From: Fervidicoccaceae archaeon
GTDB lineage: Archaea > Thermoproteota > Thermoprotei_A > Sulfolobales > Fervidicoccaceae
Assembly: GCA_038734945.1 (NCBI GenBank)
Contig: JAVYOA010000001.1
Span: 124,001 to 188,000, forward strand
Length of the DNA: 64,000 bases
Reading direction: 5' to 3'
Part shown: positions 58,022 through 64,000 of the stretch, piece after piece
Layout of the letters: the number at the start of each line of letters is the position of its first letter
Position numbering within the stretch: position 1 is the first letter of the stretch
Notes under the pieces: model-generated
The model's database searches: none
What the model saw: the letters and a program-made list of their open reading frames with translations, nothing else
Told to the model about the DNA's origin: nothing
Program-made: the position numbers and the translations under genes

Positions 58022-58661
58022 CCGCCATACCAACAAAAAGTCCAGTAGCTATCACTCCAACAACGCCTCTCAGAGCTCTGTCCAGGTCCTCAATATTTCC
58101 TCTCCAGCCGCTTGAATCAACATCAACTATAATGCCGTAGCTATCGCTCACCACAGGTCCGTACTTTCCAGCAAGAGAATGTCTAATTGAGGCTCTGAGT
58201 CCCATTTCTCCTATCTTTTTCATAACATATGCGACAGAGAATGGACTTACTTCGACAGGAACGCTCCTTCCTATCAAATTTGTGACCATTTTCCCTTTAT
58301 CCACTATAACAGCAAAGAAAGCACTCATCGAGGCAAGAATTTTTTCCCTGAACAGGGCAGCTCCTCCCCCCTTTATCATGTTTCCATCCTCATCCACAGC
58401 ATCGGCGCCGTCCACATAGAAATCAACACTATCGGTTACAGAAATATCCAATACACTGCACCCTCTGCGCCTAAGGGCTATGGCTGTCTCAAAGCTTGAG
58501 GAAACGAAGAGCTTCTCCTCAATGTCCTTTTTTCTCAGAAGCGATATGAAATGAGCAACTGTGCTCCCAGTCCCAACACCAACAACTCTAGCTCTCTCGA
58601 ACTCCTCTAGATGAAGAGCAGCTTCAGCAGCCCTCTTCTTTGGAGAATCTTTCTCCACCAC
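57966..58661 (-). CDS. rpiA: Ribose-5-phosphate isomerase A
   Basis: GVGTGST, DGAD, KGGGAALFREK, GLF. Confidence 0.95.
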   Translation of the reverse strand: MVEKDSPKKRAAEAALHLEEFERARVVGVGTGSTVAHFISLLRKKDIEEKLFVSSSFETAIALRRRGCSVLDISVTDSVDFYVDGADAVDEDGNMIKGGGAALFREKILASMSAFFAVIVDKGKMVTNLIGRSVPVEVSPFSVAYVMKKIGEMGLRASIRHSLAGKYGPVVSDSYGIIVDVDSSGWRGNIEDLDRALRGVVGVIATGLFVGMADAVVIGGEEEAVVRRLKR

Positions 58662-58745
58662 ACCTCACCGGCAAAAAGTTATAATATCCTCTGCCTTATT
58701 TCCTTAAGTGCTTTAAGTAAAAAGCTACAGAAGCGGGTGGTTTGT

Positions 58746-58997
58746 TTGCCGCAGGAGATACTGTTCTCAAGCCTAGAAGAAGCAGAGAAGAAGATAAAGG
58801 ATCTCTCCATCACACCACAGGAATGCAGGATAAAGGTTGGAAAGAAGGGCGTCAAGCTCAAGCTAAGGACAAAGAAGATTCTATACACGCTGGTCTTCAG
58901 AGCTGAGAACACCGGTTCCTCTAACATTGAGGATATTAAGAAAGCTGCATCTGAGCTTGCCACGAAGATAGGCTGCTCTTCCATTAAAGAGCTCTGA
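58746..58997 (+). CDS. rpl38e: Ribosomal protein eL38 (L38e)
   Basis: MPQEI...KLKLRTKKILYTLV matches the eL38 pattern; TTG start at 58746. Confidence 0.75.
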   Translation: MPQEILFSSLEEAEKKIKDLSITPQECRIKVGKKGVKLKLRTKKILYTLVFRAENTGSSNIEDIKKAASELATKIGCSSIKEL

Positions 58998-60252
58998 GCT
59001 CTATTTCTTCTCCGTTAGCAGGAATTATGGGCTCTATTCCCACAGCATCCTTTATATCCTGAGCGAGCGATCTCTGGACGCTCTCCTCTCCATGAACCAG
59101 AACAATTCTTTTCAGACCCTTCACGCCCTTCACGACTTCTATAAGACCGCTCTTTCCTGCGTGGCTGGAGAAATCCATCCACTCGAGCCTTGCCTTTATG
59201 AGAGGACCACCATCCTCGAATGTGCCTCTCTCTAGAAGCTCTCTTCCAGGAGTTCCCCTTCCCTGATAGCTAACTAGTATGACCGCATTCCTGGGATTGT
59301 CATAAATCTTTCTAAGGAAATATCTTGAGGGTCCTCCCTTCAGCATTCCAGAGCTTGAAACAATAACCCCCCCTCTCTTCCAAGCGCTTCTCCTGTCCTG
59401 CCAGCCCTTCAGAAATATTTGATTCTCTCGGGCCCTTCTCAGGATGAGGGGATCTCTCAGAAATCCGCTGTTCTCCAGCATTATCTCAGTGGCGCTCTTC
59501 ACCATACCATCAATATATACTGGAGATATCTCATTTTCCTCGAGAATGCTCATTACCTCCTGACCTCTCCCAACACTGAAAACAGGAACAAGGACTGTAC
59601 CCCCCGATGATAGCACCTCCTTAACAACATCGATGAACCTCTTCTCAACATCCTTTCTTTTTGGATGATCAGCGTTTCCATATGTGCTCTCAATTATCAA
59701 CGTATCAGCTTCAACCCCACTCAAATTTGCCCCGGTAACGAGCTTCGTATCAATTGTGTTGACATCACTTGTATATAGAACGCTTCCCTCCGGAGTTGAA
59801 ACCTTAACTGCTAAGCTTCCCGGTATGTGTCCACTGTGGAAAAATTCTAGCTCGAAGTCACCCAACTTCACCCTGTCCCCATGGGATACTTCCTCTAAGC
59901 TGGATATCAGCGAGTTGACCTCATTTATTTCAAAATCCAGGTAGTAGCCGGAGAGCTTTAGAAAGTCCTCCAACATGAGTCTGGAGAGAGCTTTCGTGAG
60001 CCTCGTTGAGAAGGCCCTCGGTGCAATTGAAGTATATAGAAGGGGCGCTGCTCCTATGTGGTCAAGATGGACATGTGTTAAGACCAGCGCGACTAGCTTA
60101 TTCGGAGGAAAGTGAAGAGGCATCACAGGGTCATCATTCTCATCAAAGTTAACTCCATAGTCTAGCAGAACCGCCCTTTCTTTGTACTCTACAGCTATTG
60201 CTGCCCTTCCAACCTCCCTTCCACTTCCCAGAACTCTTAGCTTCAGCGCCAT
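58984..60252 (-). CDS. MBL-fold beta-CASP ribonuclease (aCPSF2-like)
   Basis: LGSGREVGRA, THVHLDH, GHIPGS, ESTYG, SSHAG, VHGE; no N-terminal KH domains. Confidence 0.88.
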   Translation of the reverse strand: MALKLRVLGSGREVGRAAIAVEYKERAVLLDYGVNFDENDDPVMPLHFPPNKLVALVLTHVHLDHIGAAPLLYTSIAPRAFSTRLTKALSRLMLEDFLKLSGYYLDFEINEVNSLISSLEEVSHGDRVKLGDFELEFFHSGHIPGSLAVKVSTPEGSVLYTSDVNTIDTKLVTGANLSGVEADTLIIESTYGNADHPKRKDVEKRFIDVVKEVLSSGGTVLVPVFSVGRGQEVMSILEENEISPVYIDGMVKSATEIMLENSGFLRDPLILRRARENQIFLKGWQDRRSAWKRGGVIVSSSGMLKGGPSRYFLRKIYDNPRNAVILVSYQGRGTPGRELLERGTFEDGGPLIKARLEWMDFSSHAGKSGLIEVVKGVKGLKRIVLVHGEESVQRSLAQDIKDAVGIEPIIPANGEEIELRAL

Positions 60253-60353
60253 GCTTTCTCCTCTTCCAAAAAGGAACTCTCATGCATCATACTTTTCTTT
60301 ATTTTTCCCTCTGGACATTAATATTTTTAGATGGAGCTTAACTCAGAGCTCCG

Positions 60354-60728
60354 GTGTTTCCCATGTTCAGGATGAATCCAACCGAAATGAAGAGAATGCT
60401 CAAGAGAATGGGCATCTCGGCAGATATAGAGGAAATAAACGATGCAGAGAGAGTCCTAATAGAGAGGACAGGAAGCAAGAACATGATAATCGAAGACCCT
60501 GTAATAACTATCCTAAAAATGAAGGGAGAGAGCGTCCTTTACATTTATGGAACAATAAAGGAAATATCCAAGGAGGAGAAGCACATCTCCAGGCCTCAAA
60601 TACCCGAGGAGGACGTTCAGCTGGTAGCGAGTGAGGCAGGAGTGAGCATGGATGAGGCCAGAAAGGCTCTTGAGGCAACGGGAGGAGACATAGCCCAAGC
60701 AATAATGCTGCTGCAGAGCAGAAAATGA
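60354..60728 (+). CDS. nac: Nascent polypeptide-associated complex protein
   Basis: MKRMLKRMGI; UBA-like EDVQLVA...GDIAQAI. Confidence 0.9.
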   Translation: MFPMFRMNPTEMKRMLKRMGISADIEEINDAERVLIERTGSKNMIIEDPVITILKMKGESVLYIYGTIKEISKEEKHISRPQIPEEDVQLVASEAGVSMDEARKALEATGGDIAQAIMLLQSRK

Positions 60729-60731
60729 CCT

Positions 60732-61442
60732 CTAAGTTCTCAGCAGTTTCCTAAGTCCACCAAGAAGAGACTGGACATCCTGAGCCTGAGAGAGGATGAG
60801 TGGAATTCCGTCGCTCTCCGCAAGCCTTATGGCAAGGGGATCCACAGCTCTTGGTCCATGTATAACAACAGCTCCCGGCTTCAGGAAAGAAACTCTAACG
60901 GCCACCATCGGCGACCTCCCAGTGCCGACGTTTGTGAAAACGAGAGCTCTCTCCGTAGTATATCCCATTATGCTGAGGAATTCATACCCGGTCATACTCT
61001 CAATAGCAGCAATACTATCAAGAACGGTATATCCATATAGCTGCTTATCCAGCTTATCCTTTCCGTACAGAATTACTCCCTTCACAGCATCCACTACATC
61101 CTTAAGCTGGACTTTCTGGGGAAACTCTCTCATATCCAGCAGAGCTGAAGGCGGAAGCCTATGGCCCCTTGCCAATTCCTTAACGGTCAAGTAGCCTCTT
61201 TCCCTATCAATTTCCAGCAGAGTCTTAACAAATTTCTTGACAAATCCGCTTCCAGGAGTCCTTCTTCCCTTCTCATAGTCGCTCAGAACGCTTGAGGATA
61301 TACCCATCCTCCTCGAGAGGGTCAGCTGCGTAACTCCAAATAGCTCCCTCCACTTTCTCATCGACTTCCCGGGCGAATCGCTCCACGCTATATCGCCTGC
61401 CATGTCCTTAGCAATTTTTTCTATAATAGCCTCTGAAGCCAA
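60732..61442 (-). CDS. Conserved archaeal XRE-HTH transcriptional regulator
   Basis: MRKWRELFGVTQ, SDYEKGRR, RALVFTNVGTGRSPMVA. Confidence 0.85.
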   Translation of the reverse strand: MASEAIIEKIAKDMAGDIAWSDSPGKSMRKWRELFGVTQLTLSRRMGISSSVLSDYEKGRRTPGSGFVKKFVKTLLEIDRERGYLTVKELARGHRLPPSALLDMREFPQKVQLKDVVDAVKGVILYGKDKLDKQLYGYTVLDSIAAIESMTGYEFLSIMGYTTERALVFTNVGTGRSPMVAVRVSFLKPGAVVIHGPRAVDPLAIRLAESDGIPLILSQAQDVQSLLGGLRKLLRT

Positions 61443-61583
61443 TGCAGGCAGCCTCCGAAGGACAGCTTATCATTGCAAAATGATCTGCTGCCTCATTAAA
61501 AATATTTCGACTTTTATCGAAATAAGCAATCAAGCTTCAAAAACATTATTAATTTCTTTTCTGTATCACAATAAAAAATGCAG

Positions 61584-61702
61584 GGGCCCGTAGTCTAGCT
61601 TGGTAGGATGCGAGGTACGGCTTCCTCTGTAGAGGAGCCGCTCGACTCGGGACCTTACGGCGAAAGTCCTCGTGGTCCGGGGTTCAAATCCCCGCGGGCC
61701 CA
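61584..61702 (+). tRNA. tRNA-Pro(CGG) with two introns (32/33: 61617-61646; 37/38: 61652-61666)
   Basis: Removing both introns gives the arm CGAGG-TTCGGGT-CCTCG; both junctions fit BHB geometry; T-arm CGGGGTTCAAATCCCCG. Confidence 0.85.
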
Positions 61703-61848
61703 TTTCTCTGCTTTACTCCTTCTTTTCCTCGGACTTCTTCTTCTTTCCCTTGCATCCCAAGATTTCAACACCTCAAAAATATTTAGTGAAGAACTATTTA
61801 AAAGAGGCAATATATAATCATGCTACTTAAAGAAGGGCTGATGCTGCC

Positions 61849-62346
61849 GTGGGAAGGGAGAATGAGCCTAATTTGCAGGAAATGGCTCAAATATATGGAG
61901 TCATCTACTACCAATTCGGGAAAAGGGCAGCAGAGGAGCTCCTCAAGAGGGAGAAAGAGATCAGCCTGAAAAGGTACTCTAGCGGAATAGTTAGGGAGGT
62001 AATTCTTCCTGAGGGTACGATACTCTATCACAATCCCAGCACAGGTCTCTTCACCCTCAGCTGGAAGGGAGCCCTCCTTCTTTTTCCTCTTACACAGTCT
62101 GACAGGAAAAGGATATTTGCCAAGAGAGACATCTTCATTAAATACACGAAGAAAGTCCTCCTGGCTCCTGCTGTAATAAGAAGCACGGAGGATATAAGAG
62201 CGGGGGATGAGATCTTCATAGTCGATGAAGAAGGGGCTCTCCTAGCTCTTGGAAAGGCGCTGGCAAGCGCCATTGAAATAAACTCAATGAAAAGAGGAAA
62301 GGTGGCTTTGGTGAGGAGGAGCTCAGATGAGCTTCAAGAGAATTAG
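61849..62346 (+). CDS. PUA-domain RNA-binding protein (resembles TgtA C-terminal domains)
   Basis: YQFG N-terminal motif; IRAGDEIFIVD...LALGKA...GKVALVR. Confidence 0.75.
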   Translation: MGRENEPNLQEMAQIYGVIYYQFGKRAAEELLKREKEISLKRYSSGIVREVILPEGTILYHNPSTGLFTLSWKGALLLFPLTQSDRKRIFAKRDIFIKYTKKVLLAPAVIRSTEDIRAGDEIFIVDEEGALLALGKALASAIEINSMKRGKVALVRRSSDELQEN

Positions 62347-63049
62347 CATATATCTGTCTGGAAGAAAAGCACTCAGGCAGGGATATAGGGTCATCTCCGG
62401 CTTTAAGGGATTCGGAGCAGTTGGCATAATAACTGTCCTCCACATAGTTAGTAGCCTCAACATGGAGAAGATTGGAGTTGTGGTCACAAAATATCAGCCA
62501 GAATATGTCTACAGGGAAGAGGATCTAGTCTATCCCTTTGAGATATATGTGAGCCATCCCCACAGGCTTGTTGCTCTCGTCAACAGGGAGCTTCCGGATG
62601 AGAGGGTTAGAGAGGAGTATGTCTATGAGCTAACAAAGCTAATATCAAGGAAGGGCCTCTCTCCTCTATATCTCATAGGAGGGCTTGATCACAGATTCAG
62701 AGAGAGGCCGGAAGAGAGACTTAGATGGCTGAAGAACTCAGCCTACAAAGGTCCAGTTCCCAACACACCAATGTTGGATAGGGGATTGCTTGTCATAGGC
62801 CCCCTGGCCCTTCAGCTCATGTTCTCCGAGCTCATGGGTATACCAACGCTTGCACTGCTTCCCTATGCTTCAGCTGAGACTCCAGATCCCACGGCCGCGG
62901 CCGTTGCTGTTGAGGAGCTGAACAAGCTACTTGATATCAATGTACCTACAGATAAGCTCATAGAGGAGGGCATGAAAATTCAGGAAGAGCTGAGGAGACT
63001 CGAGGAGCTCTCCACCCAGAAGCATGGAGGGAGAGAGCCCTATATGTAA
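62327..63049 (+). CDS. PAC2 (proteasome assembly chaperone) family protein
   Basis: GFKGFGAVG, IGG, IGPLA, PDPTAAA, KLIEEG. Confidence 0.85.
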   Translation: MSFKRISIYLSGRKALRQGYRVISGFKGFGAVGIITVLHIVSSLNMEKIGVVVTKYQPEYVYREEDLVYPFEIYVSHPHRLVALVNRELPDERVREEYVYELTKLISRKGLSPLYLIGGLDHRFRERPEERLRWLKNSAYKGPVPNTPMLDRGLLVIGPLALQLMFSELMGIPTLALLPYASAETPDPTAAAVAVEELNKLLDINVPTDKLIEEGMKIQEELRRLEELSTQKHGGREPYM

Positions 63050-63061
63050 TAGTATAGGACA

Positions 63062-63137
63062 TTGATGAGAGAACCCGGGCCTGGGCTAAAAGCCTTTAGA
63101 GCGGTACAAGCCGCAATGAAGAGAGGCCTGCGGCTGA
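63062..63137 (+). ncRNA. Candidate box C/D guide sRNA with expanded D'/C' spacer
   Basis: TTGATGA C box, CTGG as possible D', ATGAAGA as possible C', CTGA D box at 63134-63137; intergenic. Confidence 0.45.
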
Positions 63138-63210
63138 GAAAGAAGAATAGGGAAAAAAGTTCTATATTTCTTTAAAGCTCAGAGCTGGATTTAAAAGAAC
63201 ATTCAGCTCT

Positions 63211-64000
63211 TCAGCCACTAATAGCGCTTATCCTCTTCAGTATATCTGTCCTAGTCACTATCCCCTTTGGCTCTCCAAGAGCATTGACGACTATAAGCCT
63301 TCCCACACCATGAAGCTCCATTATTCTCACTGCATCCATTATATCCTCGTCCTCTCTTATTGTGACAACATGCTTCCTCATGTACTCTTCCACTTTAGCC
63401 TTCACGTTTCCCTCGCTGTATGCCTTTGCTATGTCTGTCGTTGTTATTATTCCTACTATCCTATCATTCTCTATTACAGGAGCACCTCTTATCTTCTCTC
63501 TAAACAGAAGACCAGCTGCCTCGCGGAGAAGCATCTGAGGGGTCAGCGTTATCAGATTCTTCGAGGAAATGTCACCAACAATCTCCTTCGGTATGCTCAC
63601 AAGCCTTTTTATCAATATAGCTATTTGCCCCATTGCCCTATCTATGTGCTGCACTTCTCCATCTATCAATATTCTATTGTAGCTCGTAGGCCCTATCCTT
63701 ATAATGTCTCCCTCCTTTATCTCATCGAAGTTCCCGCTAGCCTTTACTATAGCCCTTCCTCCGCCCGGATTGAGTATATCGAGGATCTCCACGGAAAATG
63801 CTGTTATATTGGTTTCCTTGCCGTCCTTCTTTATTTTGAGGGAGCCATACGCAATTATTCCTGTGCTCTTCATGAGCTCTCTGGCCTTCAGGGTTGGCAC
63901 GTATCCTCCCATTGGACCGGTCTTGCTTTCCAACAGTCCCAAGCTCCTAAGGCTGGAAATAACGTTTCTCACAGTCCCCTCATCCTTTCCTATCATCTCA
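63211..64000 (-). CDS. HTH plus CBS-pair transcriptional regulator (5' truncated by window edge)
   Basis: GTVRN...LGLLESKTGPMGGY wHTH; tandem CBS motifs (GAPV, GIITTTDI, VGRLIVV). Confidence 0.85.
   Translation of the reverse strand, partial: EMIGKDEGTVRNVISSLRSLGLLESKTGPMGGYVPTLKARELMKSTGIIAYGSLKIKKDGKETNITAFSVEILDILNPGGGRAIVKASGNFDEIKEGDIIRIGPTSYNRILIDGEVQHIDRAMGQIAILIKRLVSIPKEIVGDISSKNLITLTPQMLLREAAGLLFREKIRGAPVIENDRIVGIITTTDIAKAYSEGNVKAKVEEYMRKHVVTIREDEDIMDAVRIMELHGVGRLIVVNALGEPKGIVTRTDILKRISAISG

Overview
Archaeal chromosomal DNA, inferred to be from Thermoproteota/Crenarchaeota (Rpo8, eL38, Elf1, SmAP3, many TTG/GTG starts, GGTGA ribosome-binding sites); most likely a Desulfurococcales/Fervidicoccales-like thermophile. 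It holds about 65 genes: an acetoin/2-oxoacid dehydrogenase operon with a split E2, sufCBD, fbp/tpiA, a serA operon, trpS, dcd, guaB-amidohydrolase-guaA, peptide and branched-chain amino acid ABC transporters, fprA, carbamate kinase, tgtA, GGGP synthase, rpiA and two tRNAs. The most notable non-obvious features are: (1) a probable replication origin between trpS and dcd (four ORB elements, a central 16-bp near-palindrome with a second inverted copy 3.5 kb away, no cdc6/orc1 in the window); (2) a signal-peptidase-linked TasA/bundling-pilus-like filament operon whose large subunit appears to share a lectin-like module with a type IV pilin-like protein 21 kb away; (3) a tRNA-Pro(CGG) with two introns that appear to need ordered splicing; (4) two candidate C/D-box sRNAs; (5) a 16-aa lysine-rich micropeptide gene; and (6) several genes whose coding signal runs upstream without an in-frame canonical start. 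I saw no CRISPR array, rRNA, integrase or transposase. All calls are by eye; no searches were run.
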